A stretch of 62,512 bases of DNA, the filler included, from Choristocarpus tenellus KU-1152 (lineage: Eukaryota > Protista > Phaeophyceae): NCBI GenBank assembly GCA_964200185.2. It is 8 parts of 8 records of this genome, joined end to end, with 100 filler letters (N's around TTAATTAATTAA, not from the genome) between each part and the next. Parts side by side here need not be neighbours in the genome. Positions count along the whole stretch, not along the records: positions 39,590 to 44,513 come from CAXNAD020012513.1; positions 44,614 to 53,018 come from CAXNAD020004750.1; 6 more parts are not named here. One strand, 5' to 3'. Both the position numbers and the translations under genes were made by a program. Positions within the stretch are counted from its first letter, which is position 1; every line of letters starts with the position of its first letter. The notes beneath the pieces were generated by a model, which saw nothing but the letters and a program-made list of their open reading frames with translations, searched no databases and was not told the DNA's origin. Positions 39,590 to 53,118 of this stretch are shown here, in pieces.

Positions 39590-42500
39590 CAATCTCGCCG
39601 GGTTTATCACCTTTACCCTCTTTGATGATTTTGGGGATACTTTAACATTTTGGGGATACTTTAACATACGACTCGTCTAGGAGTGTTTTACAGACTCGTT
39701 TGTTTAACCTCAAGAACCATTGCTTCAGGTTCATTGGGAATGAAGCACAGCACCTCGCTACGAGAATGAGCAAGCCACCACCTTGTTCCATTGAAATAAA
39801 GAAAGAAGTACAATATGAGTACAACCCGCAAATACACAGAAGGTGTGCAAAGGAATGTTTCAACTTCTGGATCTTGCATCAGAACACCACTGTGAGGGTG
39901 TGTTTGTAAGATCTTTGTTGAGGTGAACGGATCGACATGCTCTACATCTTAGAGTTGCAGCTCAAGGTTATGAGGTTGACAACTGGAGTAATGAAGAAAA
40001 GAAAAACGCAGTCCTCTTTCAACCCTGTTACGGATGGACCTAGTATATAGGAGGGATGCGTCGTTCTCTGGTACTCACACACTATTCATTTGTTGCGAAA
40101 TTCGATTCAATTGGTCACCTGTATTCAATTATATTACTCTATATATGGTAGTCACTTCTAATGAACTAATCAGGTGAAACCTTGTGACTTCAGCTTTCAG
40201 TCAGTATAGTGTAATATTAAACTTGACTATCTCTAAATATTCAACTGTTTGTGTTCCCGTATAAATAAATCAGGAGTCCTATTTGCAAGTCATGGTAGCT
40301 GTCCGATTTCTGGAGGTCACACAAGGCACAGGGGAAGACCATACTTGTTGTCAGAGAGATGAGGAGCAGACACACAAACCTGTCGAGGATGTTTTTTGAG
40401 ACTCAGAGCCAATTTTGAGTCCTCAACCCCCCAAGGAAGGAGTCTCTAGATAGGAAATAAGAGAAGCAAGACATCAAGAGGGTTGACCGTAGTGGCACAG
40501 GGGGCACCACAAAACAAGAGTGGTAGGCCGACCAAAGATGAGGTAAGGGTCCGCATGACTGCAGGAGCAAAGTAATGGAACTTGAGTGCCTACAGAAAGG
40601 AAACTGAGAAGGCCATCGAAGTCATGCTCAAAAGCGAAATGGTGAAAACCAGGTTGGTCGGTGGAGAGGTACTTTCCTCGGGGCAGGCACATGCACTACC
40701 TGCTCCCTGTTATTCCTGCTCGTCATCCGCAACCACATAGGCATGAGTGGGGCGTTGGAAGGTGTCCGTCAAGAAGTAGGAGTGGGATAAAAGAAGATTC
40801 TTCACATTTTATGAAGGCTTGAAAGGAGAAAGGGGAAAATCTTTAGCACTGCAAGGATTGATAGGGGGAGTGTCCAAGTGGACTCCGATAGGAGGATCAA
40901 GCTTGTCGAAGTACAGCTTGATGAGATGGAAATGCCTATCTATTTGCAACAAGATATTGGAGGGAGACATTTTCAACTTAACAAATTTCCCAAACAAGCT
41001 GAAAGATATGGAAACGTTAGGGAGACCAATGGATACTGTAGAAGGGACAGAAGAGGAGATTTGCAGGAAAATTTTGTGTTGGAGCTGATTGTTGAAGATG
41101 GCAACACTGACAACATTGAAGTCGATTAATTTGAGCCTGTAATGCAATTATTGAGTATCAAAGATCACCCAACAACACTCCGAGTTCTCCAGCATCGTTT
41201 TCTTCAAAGTGCTCTAATTTTGCAACCACAACAATTTGAACTACCAAAACCTACTCTGTGAGTCCTGTGTATATCAGCATTCCAATTATATCGGTTTCTC
41301 ATCGTAAAGAGGTAAAACGATCGTGCAAATATGAAAACAACAGATGTATTTATAAAAACATAAACACTTCCCTTACTCAGATTTTTCACCCTGTTGCACA
41401 CTGTATTGTGGCTTGAAGGTACTGTTATAGTAGCTTGATTGAAGCATTAGGATGTCATCTTCCTTTCCACGTATATTTTATTGGATGAATCGACCTGTAG
41501 CACTTTTTGAATGCCTCCAGCCTACTTTGAGAAACTGAGAAGAATTCCCTCCAGAATTGGCTAAAAGGGGTCTGTCTCTGGGTTTCCATGGAGTTAGGAC
41601 CTCAAACCAACTTCAAAACATGCACCTTGCCACCACCATCCCAACCATATTTTTTTGTTTGTCTAACTCAAAACATTTCAGGAGATACACCATTTCTTTG
41701 CATAATAGTTTCTTCTGTAGGAGGTGGTTATTAAGCCCATATCATCATGGGTCATTATAGAACACCCCTTTCTCCCAACTAAGGTTTTCATTTTGCCTCA
41801 GAGCGCTCTGTGGTGCTATGAACCACCATAAAGTTCCTGATATTGTTGAACCCAAGTGATAAACTACAACTATTGAAGTTATGCCAGAAGTCGTTGCCTA
41901 GGAGATGCATCATAGATTTTTGTGTTCATTGACAACTAAGTACCCCAATTGGAATGTTAAACGACCACATGCACACACAATAGGAACACCTAACCCTAAC
42001 ACCCAAAATGAAGCGAGGAACAACTACGTGAAACCCACACTACAGAATGCTGTCCATTATCTGTGCTGAAGTAGTATTTACCCAACTTATGGTGTGAAAT
42101 ATAGTCAAATACGATCGAGTAGCAGGTTTAGTGCCTCAAATACTATACAAAATATGGTAAGAATTGCTATAGTTGGTCAATGAAACCTATATATTCTAAG
42201 AGAAGGAAAGTTTCAAAATGTACTTTGTAGATCGTTAAGGTCGGGATACGTACTGCTATTGAGTGGTGTGAAGTCCTAGTTATTCAGAAACCACATATCC
42301 GTCAATCGTGCCACATGATTGTACGTATTGCGTGTATGCAAACGTAGATCCTAGTCGGCGTGACTAATAATACTCCAACCAGATACTTGTTAATGCCACA
42401 TCCATATATTTTACGTCATTTTGTATTAATGAAGTTGGGCAATGTATTGGTGAGTCAAAGTAAGCGAGAGGTACCAAGGGTTACATCCTGGGGATGCCAA

Positions 42501-42599
42501 CAAATACGTGTAAATTTCGACTTTTTACACTAATGCGTGTAGGGAATTTTCTCAACTCTGTCGAAAATTATTAAGCAATAGAGAAATCAACGGGCTCAA

Positions 42600-43260
42600 A
42601 ATCGATCATAGATTTGTAGATATAAGGATGAATTGCAGACAATGAAAGAGGTGTCCACAAATGCAAAACACTCAAAACCTGGGTACCTCTCGTTTACTTT
42701 GATTTGACTCTGTGCAATATATACTAACAATCGCACCTGTTTCCCACATTCCTCCCAGATCTTACTTCCTGGTTGACCTCGAATCATGTTTACAGAGTTT
42801 CGAGGTCGATCAGAAGGAGTGGAAATGTGAAAAGCAGGGTTGTCTGTTATCATACCGCTATTGACGTATATCATATACAGTCATACCGATTGAGGTTCCT
42901 TGTCAGGAATCCCATATTCCAGTGGAGGATCTTAGTTGAAGTTGATGTTGTATGGAATAATTTCAAGAGACTAATCCTACAAGTAGTGGATGGTCTTCAA
43001 TCAGTATTGTCACACATCAAAGATTCTCTTTGTTTTTTCGTCTCGACATTTTGAACATCCCCCTCTCATGAGATTGTCGTCTCTCCCCATTTCCTTGGGG
43101 TCTGGCACTTGTCCAACCTTAACCTCGTCCTCTCAGATACTGTTTGTCTCGGTCCGTCTCAGTCCGTCTTGCCTGGTGATTCCCTTCACCACTCTCACCT
43201 GAGTGAACCACGCTGCCACAGAATCATACGATTCACATCAACAAAGGATTGTTTGATAAC
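42600..43260 (-). mobile_element. Decayed interspersed repeat, probably LTR-retrotransposon internal region; homologous to 47860-48300
   Basis: Shares aaagcagggttgtctgttatc, tcaggaatcc..attccagtggagga, aaagattctc and cctgagtgaaccac with 47860-48300. Minus translation TDNPAFHIST...GSKIWEE loosely resembles the Copia integrase-RT linker. Confidence 0.45.
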
Positions 43261-43654
43261 TTTGAGAGGTGATGCGGGCTCAAATGGATGAGATTTAATG
43301 AAGAATGCACGACGAGATTGGATTCAGGTGGGGTGAACAAAGCCTTATATCGGTGCACCCCGTCTCCATCAACTCTTTTTCACAAAAGAGATATCATCTC
43401 ATTCGGTCCTCATTTTCTCCACTCTCTGCCTCTTGTCCTTGTCCATAATAACCTTTCCTCGTCATCTTGGTTATGATTTGTGTTTGTGCGTGAAGTTCGA
43501 ATTGCCTAGTAGTCCTCTTCATCACCCTCTGGAGTCACACGATTCACCCGTTTATGTCATAAATAATAAGACGTGGGAGTGATGATGTACACGGACAGTA
43601 CGTAATTTTATTATTTTGCCCTCTGACATTTTTCATAAATGTGAAAACATTCTC

Positions 43655-44025
43655 TATTTACTACCAGTTACGGTATGCCGTTATGTTCCTGTGCCTCTAA
43701 CCTAGCTTAGTCCTGTACTCCAGGGTGAGGGGCTAGGGAGGCATCCCACGAATCTAACAAGCCCCTCCTTGCCCATCTCTCTGGTGTCTCCCTCTTCAAG
43801 CGCATGACCCGTGTGGATAGGGCTACCTGTGTTGTGAAAGAAACTATATGTCATAGACGGGATTTAACAGCCCCCTTCCTGCTACAACCTCCTCTCCTTC
43901 TCCCCCCTACCGCACGCATAACAAGCTCATCCAGAAACCCTTCCGCTTGCTTGCCAAGGCGCCCAAAACTTTCCACCGCGAAGGTGTTGAGTTTATAACT
44001 ACGAGGGTCAAACGAGTCCTCTAAT
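43655..44025 (-). mobile_element. 3' fragment of a CRE-like non-LTR retrotransposon (restriction-like endonuclease region)
   Basis: FDPRSYKLNTFAVESFGRLGKQAEGFLDEL...GG...KGAVKSRL carries the C-terminal RLE signature (F..E..G..G) of R2/CRE-type elements. Confidence 0.7.
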
Positions 44026-44513
44026 CTTGCGTATGTAATCAAAATATAACTCATTACGATGTATTCACTCATATGTATAATACACCTTCCCAAAAAGAGC
44101 ATCTGCAAGCCGGTGGATGGGTGGACAGACAACTTGCAGTTCAGACCAAATCAACGTTCAAAGTCAAACTCCCTCCAATGCTCTGCCCTACGTATTCAAT
44201 TGTACTCTACAATAATATTATACAGTGCACTATCAACAACACCACCGTGGATCAAATGTAGCTGCACCGCCATGCACCTCCCATTGCACGCACTGAGCAA
44301 AACATCTTATTTGCTAAAAAATAAACCGCAACTGACAAAAAAACTCGAATGTCCGCTTGGTTGATTGCCCTTGCCCCGACTGCACTGAGCCAAGACAGCT
44401 TTGCTTTCCAGAGATGGTATGAAACATCGTTCATGCTGCACTCTTCAACAGTTGTTTCTAAACTTGCAAGCGGGTCAAAGTATCTTGGGGGGGGGGGGTG
44501 GTTTGTGAGAGGG

Positions 44514-44613
44514 NNNNNNNNNNNNNNNNNNNNNNNNNNNNNNNNNNNNNNNNNNNNTTAATTAATTAANNNNNNNNNNNNNNNNNNNNNNNNNNNNNNN
44601 NNNNNNNNNNNNN
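44514..44613. other. Artificial contig linker
   Basis: 44 N + TTAATTAATTAA + 44 N. Confidence 0.98.
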
Positions 44614-44639
44614 GCGTGTTATGTGGGGGTGGGGGTGGT

Positions 44640-44824
44640 GGGGGGGAGGAGGGGAGGGGGGGAGGGTGTGCGGTTGTCCATTCGGGGCCCATGTTTCCAT
44701 GTCACGATTTTTGGGTGAATTTGGTTGCATGCGTCGGATGGGTAATGTAAGTTCACTTCTCCTGGTCAGAGCCCAAATGGACATCATGATGTAGAACACC
44801 CTCCCCCCCCAGATGCTTTGAGCT
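44640..44824 (-). mobile_element. MITE family B copy
   Basis: TTGGTTGCATGCGTCGGATGGGTAATGTAAG core; ends CCCAGATGCTTTGAGCT. Confidence 0.75.
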
Positions 44825-45357
44825 TCACCTGTTTCATCTGTCTTTCGGCCCGCTTCAATGCTTTTTAGAGGAAAGCGCTTTGAGGGTCCCCCTAATGTTG
44901 CTTCCACGATCATTCCTGGTCCTCCCAGCCCTCCAAGAAACTTGCAAGCAATATCTCGCTTGCACACAACCCTTGCTGGAAGTACCTTTCGCTCAGGGGG
45001 AGGAAATACTTCCGCTGCATCTGCAGGCAGATGTGAAGTGTATTGTTTTGGCATATTGTTGGCATCTATCATCCCACCTGCTCTGATCCTCACTGTTTCT
45101 GTAGGCAGAAGTGTGATTGCAGCTATCCTTCCTTGCCAGTTCAATCCTGAAGGGCTGAGTAGACATTTAAGGCTCGTCTATTATTGAGGATGAGACCTTT
45201 GTTCTCGCTAAAACCGAGTGAACGAAAACTGGAGTAACTTGATACACAAACGATGTGGTGCAGACAAAACGCTCTTATCTGATTCTATCGAAGGTACTGG
45301 GTGGGAGGACCCAGGTCTTATGTTGTGTACCAGGTATCTCACTGGTCCATGAGGAAA

Positions 45358-45536
45358 GACCCAAAGTATCTGGGAGGGGGAGGAGGTCTACACCAGGGCG
45401 CCCATTTGGCCCAAAATCAGGAAAAGTGCACTTACATTATCCATCCGACGTATGCAACCAAATCACCCAAAAATGGCGGAATGAAAAAATTGACCCCAAA
45501 TGGACAGCCGCCACCCCCCCTCAAATACTTTGGGTC
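45358..45536 (+). mobile_element. MITE family B, complete copy
   Basis: TIRs GACCCAAAGTATCTGGGAGGGGG / CCCCCCCTCAAATACTTTGGGTC, 179 bp, flanked by aaa/aaa(g). Confidence 0.85.
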
Positions 45537-46229
45537 AAAGACAATCTAGATGAAGGTACCCTATCTCCCCCCAATTGCCCATGAACCTGTGAAACCCTCT
45601 GCCTTTAGGGGTACTGAAGAAAAGTGTTAACAAGAGCGAGTTGATATGTCCGTGGACAAAGGAGCAGATGCTCACCATCATTGTTGAGGAAATCTCAACT
45701 CTATACTCAAATTACCCTACTGTTGCAACCCCCCCTTCCCTCGCCTCTCCTTCCAGTGCTGGTGTTATTGTCCACGAGGAAATTTGCTTGTCCTTTGCAA
45801 GTATCTGTTGCACAGCAGTATTGGGCTGTTCTCAATAGGCATCCTTCCTTGTCTCTGGGACATCTTTGATTGGAATATGTCCCACAACAAAGGTAGTCCA
45901 GGGAACTAAGTACCTATCAGCAACAACCTGACTCTCATCAGCCTCTCATCGAAGCAATCTCATATTTGGTCCGGTTTTGGACTGATTCCTTCACCGCCAA
46001 TGCCACTCCATAGCTTCTTTCTTCCCCACGTTGAGAAAGATGTTTCATCAAACGGATCAAATTGAAGGCAGGAGTTTTCATCTTGCCATTTCTTCCAGAG
46101 GTGAACGATACCACAGTTACAAGCCCGGGTTCGTTTCAACACCACTGCATGACCCGCCCCATACTTGCCCTTTGAAGTCACCATCCTCACATTCCAAGCG
46201 AACTTATGATAAATAGGGGTACATACATG

Positions 46230-46600
46230 CTTTTCAAGGGCACACACAAAGTATAATCATGTCCACTGTGGAGGTTTGGGGATGGAAATCACACTGTTCC
46301 ACACCAAGGATGTTCTCCTGCTCCAGGCTGTCCCCCAACCACCTTGCAACAGCTTTGAGAACTTTGCCAGCATGTGCCACCACTGTGGTCCATCTTCTTG
46401 TAGAGCACCGTGATGACTGCATCCTTCCAGACTTATGTCACAATTTCCTGGTCCCACACAGCCAACACAATCTTGTGGAAACCCTAGCGGATAGTCATCT
46501 CCTCCTATAGGCCATGCTATATGTAGGAGCTCAACCAGAAGGTTGTCGGGATTGATAGCTTTCCCATTTCTCATTTCTGAAGTGCTTCAGCAACTTCCAA
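46230..46600 (-). mobile_element. Decayed LINE (RTE-like) reverse transcriptase fragment
   Basis: MRNGKAINPDNLLVELL and VAHAGKVLKAVARWLGDSLEQENILGVEQCDFHPQTSTVDMI match the N-terminal RT blocks (GKA.GPD....ELL; Q.GFRP.RST.D) of RTE-clade LINEs; frameshifted. Confidence 0.8.
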
Positions 46601-47859
46601 CATCTGTGGTGCAGTGGCCAGGGCCATGGATATGGCTAGTTGATTGAGAGACTTTGAGGGTTGAGATCAACTTACTTGGTGTTAAGGAGAACTGTGAACT
46701 ATGCCCTCCACCGTTCCACAATGGATGCTTGCTCCTTGAGTATCGATCCAGACTGGTCATGGATATGTTTAAGAGGCACTCTCTCTAGTTCTCTCCACAT
46801 CAAAGCCTTTTAGGTGCTGGTAAGAACCAACTTGGTCCCCACTGTAGAGAAATTTTTCCATCTTCCCAGTGTAGGTGTCAAGAAACATGACAGGTGATTA
46901 GCGTATGTATTGCTACCTGTGCTTTAACCGGTGCCAATAGAAAGTATGTGCAATAGAGCAAACAATAACTCAGCATACATGAGATATGAGACTCCTTGGC
47001 AAATTGAAAGAAACATTTGTCCACCACACAACATCATCATGGCATTTAATTCAGTCAAACAAAAAGCCTGAAAGAACTCTTATCTTTACCCATAGTAACC
47101 TGACAACCACCCATTTTCATTGGTTATTACACCATCAATACACCACAGGCATGCTTGGTGAGGCTCATCATCAGCCTACAGGCTTGTGGATTGGAGCGTT
47201 TCGTATCATGGAGGTCCTACCTTGTCTCTTTATTCTGAGGAGAATACTCAGTGTACCACATAAAACTTTGAATACCTCCTTGGGACGCCCTGGAACCATC
47301 TCCTCTACTTTTGTCCAATTAGGGGGAAAGGGTCTGCATTGTTGCGCCAACTGTGGCTCAGACGCCACATCCGCATCTCGGGAATGGCTTTGTAACCATG
47401 CATGGAGGTACTTGCACATGGTTGCATCAATGGGTTAGGACACACTAGCGCCCCAGACATTGTTTGCCAAGTTTCATAGATTAGGTTCACAACCTTCATC
47501 ACACAAGCACTCTCGCCATCTGTTTGTGCCCTTGCTGTTTATCTGACGTCACATGTATTACAATGACCAGTTTCCAGGTTTTACCAGGTCTCTACAAATC
47601 AAGGTGGCTGCAGGTTGTCCATGATAGTCGCCCACCTACAGCCCAAGACCCGGCAGCCAGCATAGCAACCACAAGACTTTCTTTGATGACAGCAGGAGCT
47701 GGAATCAGGTCGTGTGTTTATAGGGGGTGTAGACATCTTTATCTAGCTTTCTCCTCCCGCTCGACTAACCTCACTCACCCCTCCAAATTTGATCCAATTT
47801 TGGCACGAAATCCGTGTGGAACTGACCAATCATGAAGGCTCAAGGCATGAATAGGAACA

Positions 47860-48300
47860 GAGAAATCACAATGACTCTTCCTTCCTTGGAAATAACTTGG
47901 AAATATTGTGGAAAGCAGGGTTGTCTGTTATCTTACCATTACTGCCATATGCTATACTGATCGAGGTTCCATGTCAGGAATCCAAGATTCCAGTGGAGGA
48001 TCATTCGTGAGATTGAGGTGTGGAATCTTTCCAAGAGACCATCCCACAACTAGTGGGTATCTCTTCAATCACATATTTCCAACACCAAAGATTCTCCTTG
48101 ATGTAATTTGTTGACATTCTGAGGATTCCCTTTCATGATATCCTCTCCACTCTCCAGTTCTCCAAAGTTTTTGCACTTGTACAACTTCAATCTTCCTCTT
48201 CATCCACCTGGTCCATCTCGTCTGGTGATTCTCCTCACCACCCTTGCCTGAGTGAACCACAGTGCCACAGAATAATACCATTCACATTTTTGACACCGGT
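47860..48300 (-). mobile_element. Decayed interspersed repeat, second copy of 42600-43260
   Basis: Direct nucleotide similarity to 42750-43230. Confidence 0.45.
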
Positions 48301-48969
48301 GAATTCTGATACAGGGTGACAGGTAAATTCTTTTACCACTGAAGAACATGTCTAATGCGAAAACTAGAACAAGACTCCGTCAGCAGAAAAACGTCTCGAT
48401 GAACTGTGGAGGAAACAATAGAAGAGGAACAGAAGGCCGACAAGAGCAAGAGCAAGTCAGTCCAGAAGAGGGAAGCATCCACAAAGCATGGATCAGACAG
48501 GTTTTCCCGCTAATTCCTCCTCATCATCATCCAACAGTTCAGAACCCGTGGATCATAGTCGGGGTGGTGCAGGAGCAGTGTCATCAACCTTTCCATACTG
48601 TGACACCTCAGGCAACCGTGACACCCTTTGTGTCCTTATTCAGGAAAGTCCATTTTCCTCTCCTCATTCAACCTCTTGTGAGGTGGCTGCTTCACAGGCA
48701 CAGTTTAGCAATATCATCCCCGTGTTCATTGCACACCGCATTAATGAGTGCACTAGAACCAATTCTGAAAACAACCGGATGGGTTCAGAAACTCCTGAAA
48801 CGCTAGGCCCGTGGGTGCACCGGTGATCATGTAAGACCTGTTGGAACCATAGCTATGTCTCGCATTCACGTCCAACACCAAGGGAAATCATTTTACGAAT
48901 ATTCCACTGCAGAGATCCAATTGCAGGTTCTGAAGAGGAAGACTTATCACTTCTTCTTTTTCTCTCTAA

Positions 48970-49700
48970 ACGGTGTGTTGCAATCACTCTAACACTCCTG
49001 TCGATACGGCCCTGCATCCTCTGAAACTATTGATTCTCGTTCTGTGGAATTTTTGCCGAAAATTCTTAAAAGGCCACACTAGAGCACTCTACTTCCAGGC
49101 ATTAACTGGTAGAGTAGAATGGTGTTCCCTTATTGATTTGGTTAGATTGCAATCTTTTCCCAATACCCCTATTCCAATAAGCCCCCCAACACCATGCGAA
49201 GATGTCCAAAAGGCTTCAATTAACACGTTCACCACCTCCCATGCTGTTTCTTTGTTTGGACTTTGTCGAACACCATGAGAGAACCAAGGTCTCCGACAAA
49301 GGTGGAGTGTTACCAAGCAGAGAAAGCCACCCTAACCCAGTCCTCAGCTTGATCGTCTACAAGTACACCAGTGACAGTCCATCCTGCTGGTTGTTCCACA
49401 TCATGACTCTGTCATCCACCTCATTGCGCAGAGTCCCCAGCTATAACCCTATCACCATGTTGACGTACAGGATAGTATGCCTCAAAGTAGTCCCAGAAAC
49501 CAGATTGACGAGCGACAACTTGTGATGACCACTCATGCCTGTATAACCCAAATGGTACTCTTGGGCTGTGCTTGCATCATAGGGGAAGAGGCTGTGGACA
49601 TTAGACCTGAGAGGACAGACAGCCAAGTGCTGGTCCCTATTTTCTCTTCATCACTAGGTATGCCCAGATGGATTTGAATTCTGTCCATTTGGCAACGAGC
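48970..49700 (-). mobile_element. Highly decayed DIRS-like RT/RNase H remnant (tentative)
   Basis: Scattered motifs on minus frames: SGFWDY (cf. SPGFWG), VLVDDQ (cf. YVDD), FWTSSHGVGGL (cf. SDAS..VGG). Confidence 0.3.
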
Positions 49701-50359
49701 ATGTTTAGTTGACACCATCGTAGGGAGTGGCAAGCATCAGATGTTGATACCAGTCACACCACTTGCTCCTCAAGCATCGTTTATTGCTTGTTTGTCTGTG
49801 ACTAGCGGTGTATCCTGTGGAACTGGGAATAGGATTGAACAACGAATTGTGTGTAACTAGTTCGAAACGTCAACTAGCAAGTGTATACAACGTGGTATTA
49901 CACACATTTAACAAACCGAAAATAGGTTACTCCTCTCTCAGATCCTGTAAGCACCTCGAGCAGTAGCCTCAGTCAGGGAAAGACTGCGTTAGAATACAAC
50001 AATGAACACAGGGATGATCAAATCTCCGTAGAGGTATAAATATCACTTAAAACAGTTCAAACAGAGAGTATTGATGCCTAGAACCTCTATTGGGGACTTG
50101 CAAACGTGCTGTTTGTTGAGAGAGGTTGGATATGGGTGAAACCTCTCCACATACGTATGGGCGAGAGTCCTTCCCATTCTCTTTGGTCTTACTCAAACTA
50201 CACAAGGCAACCCCTCCAAACAGTTACGCACACACACAAGCACACACACACATAATTTTCATAAACATTTTCCATACACCTGACCTTGCCAGCATGAACA
50301 AGAACTAATGTGGATACCCCCTCAAAATGCTACTTTTGACTTATTCACTTGGTCTTTTC

Positions 50360-51201
50360 TCAATCCGATTTTGCCCGATCTGCAACCCCCGTTTGCTGCT
50401 CCTCTATGGGTTCTCCTGGTACAGTGTTTGCCGCCCCACTCCCTTTCGTTTGCTCCTTCTCCTGCTTCACTTTGTTGAACTCGGAAATGAACCTGATCGA
50501 GACGGTGGAAAGGGAATGAAGTGGGCAAAATCTTGATATTAGTAGGCGCGACGAAGGGCTTGTCATTGCAAAGGGAGGATGGGCAGGGGTGCAGGTCCCA
50601 AGTATTGAGTAGAACCACAGAAATACAGCTATTTGTAATATGCTATTTTTGGCAGGGTGACGAGTATCGTTCAGATGGATTGATTAGCATAATTAAAACC
50701 ATTGGAGTAGAGTACAGGAGAGTAAAAAGGTATTGAGGGGTGGAGGACTGTGGGGTCACTCACCAGTTGACAGAGGCCATTAACCCCGTGGCCAGAAACC
50801 CCATTATCAAGATGTGTATAGAGCCCTGCCCAGTGACTGCCAGTCCAATGAGAACGAGAAGGAGACCCACAAGAGTAATATTGATCATAGGTACCTGTTA
50901 TAGTGCATGGCAGAAAGTTTCAAATACTCAAAGGCAAGAGGGTGACTATATGAGGGGAGAACACTGACGAGAAAAGAGTGTGGCGAGACGACGACGAGGA
51001 TTTAGCTTTCCACTTGACAACAGCAACATAACACATTTTCTCACTCTGCTTTGTTCCAGGTGTCTACAGGCACTCAAATACAGTCCGACATCTATCACGT
51101 GGGTGTAGATGGAGTTGGGAATAACGGTTTTATCTCACCAGTCGAGTTGACGAACCCGGCTGCATAATGAGATCGACTAGCCATGATCCTGACGATGCCA
51201 T
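50360..51201 (-). CDS. PKR1: Pkr1-family ER V-ATPase assembly factor, complete, 108 aa
   Basis: Exons 51201-51139, 50894-50764, 50492-50360 (GT-AG, phase-consistent): MASSGSWLVDLIMQPGSSTRLVPMINITLVGLLLVLIGLAVTGQGSIHILIMGFLATGLMASVNWFISEFNKVKQEKE...KSD*. Shows the PG, SIH and GL..S.NWF..E motifs and two TM helices typical of Pkr1. Confidence 0.8.
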
Positions 51202-52956
51202 AGCTGAAAGTAAGGGGATGGTCTCGAACTTGTCCACTGCTACTGTACTGTGAGATGTGCTTTGATTTGCGCCTTGTCTCCTTCGTTCCTTTTTGGCATT
51301 TTGAACATTCCAACGAAACACGCCTCCTCAAGCTTTTCGGTTTCACCTACAGTCCACCCTAATCCAACTACTCCGGATTGAAGCTTCCACATCCCCCGCA
51401 TGTTTGTCTTACCATAACTTCTTCATGATGTCTGAGCAAGAATATTGAGCCCCCTCCGCTATTTTCGCCCTTGCTTCTTTGTATTTCATCCAATGGTAAG
51501 AAAAAGGAAATTTCAGTTTAACTATACATCCTTCACTTATCTGAACTTATTATTAGGAAGGGGTTCGCAACCTCCTTCAGGTCTAAACCTGGGAAAAAAC
51601 TTGCATTCGCGTACCAAAACGTTGGAACTACTTACACCTACTGCACCAAACTCCTTTACGTTGTACACCTGTAATGGACAACTTTGAATTTGTGAGTGGT
51701 CTGGATTGACAACCCGAAGTTAATTGCAAGGGTAGGTTTGAAACCAGAATACGAACCTACAGTACCCACCCTAGCAGTGGTCCGTGATCAAGGCTCACAG
51801 CTAATGAATTTATCCTTGCCTCTTCTGTTCTCCTCCGCGAACTGCTCGACTCCTCGACAGTCAGCTAGGGGACACCAATATGGTCGGGATGACCATGATG
51901 CTCCAAGTAAAAGTGAGAAAGAGTTCGCTCTTAACCCCCTTCGCTCATGTGCTTGCCGCCTGAATGTTGGGGCGCTGTTCTCTCAGCTAAGCAACCATTG
52001 TTGATACTCAACTGCTCGTTGTAGTGCCTGCGCCCTTGTAGTAGTGAGGATCTATGCACATGATGCTGGGGCTTTTGGAAATATGAATTTGTTCCGTCCG
52101 TCGTCTCCATACGTGTTCTATCCTCTGCCCCATCATTTTCGTCACGTTTCGAATGCTGAGAGTAAGAGGCTTTGCACAGCTGAAGTCCCACTTTCTTCGT
52201 ATTGGAATGCGTCTTGACCTAGGGCGCACTCTGTCTGCACCGTCGTCTCTTAGAGAATTCCTACCCAACTGCATCCCTCCTTGATATGGACTCGACTCTC
52301 ACTGATGTTTCAATGTGACAGATAGTAATTCTCACATCCCCTCTCTTGTTTGCAATCAAAGTTCTTTGGCATTTCGAGGGAGTACATTGCAGATCTTGCG
52401 CGCTACCTCGTGTTCAATATCAGTTACACTCAAAAATTTTATGTAGCGCAGGTCTGAGGGTAGCCATCAGAAAGTTGTCTAAAATGCACTGTAATGCACC
52501 CTTTGTATGGGAAGCAATTTCCCCATGCTATCCCATATCCATGAGTTTGTTTTATAGATAATACAGTACGATGTGTCACAGATACATCATATTTGCACTA
52601 CACATCCTCTCAAGTACTGTGCCCATTTTATTCACAGGCATCATGGTAATCCTCTCATTCATGTCCACGGGAATCATCATCCTCGGAGGCATGTACCTGC
52701 ATGCCTCAACCCTGCATGAGAGGGAAAATCAGATCTCTGTGAGTATAGTCTGTGGGGGGGCATGCATATTTGCCAATACCCTTGAACAACATAGCCTGAT
52801 GTGCACCATTTTGTACACTTTCCAAGACCGCAGGGAAGTGAAGCATACATGCCCACATGGTGGGAAGGTATTCAGACAAACAAACACCTCTGTTGGGCTT
52901 TCAATGGGTCATCACGACAGGGTAGGAAGTTTTACCATCTGATTTGCCCCCCCCCC

Positions 52957-52998
<42 letters not shown>

Positions 52999-53018
52999 CT
53001 CCCCCCCCCCCCCCTCCC

Positions 53019-53118
53019 NNNNNNNNNNNNNNNNNNNNNNNNNNNNNNNNNNNNNNNNNNNNTTAATTAATTAANNNNNNNNNNNNNNNNNNNNNNNNNN
53101 NNNNNNNNNNNNNNNNNN
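53019..53118. other. Artificial contig linker
   Basis: 44 N + TTAATTAATTAA + 44 N. Confidence 0.98.

Noticed and set aside
40474-40692. Possible RT block (YLSTDQPGFHHF) on the minus strand
   Set aside because: Too short and degenerate to support as a feature without a profile search.
51931-52760. Possible exons upstream of the Pkr1-like gene
   Set aside because: No consistent phase chain and no recognisable motif.
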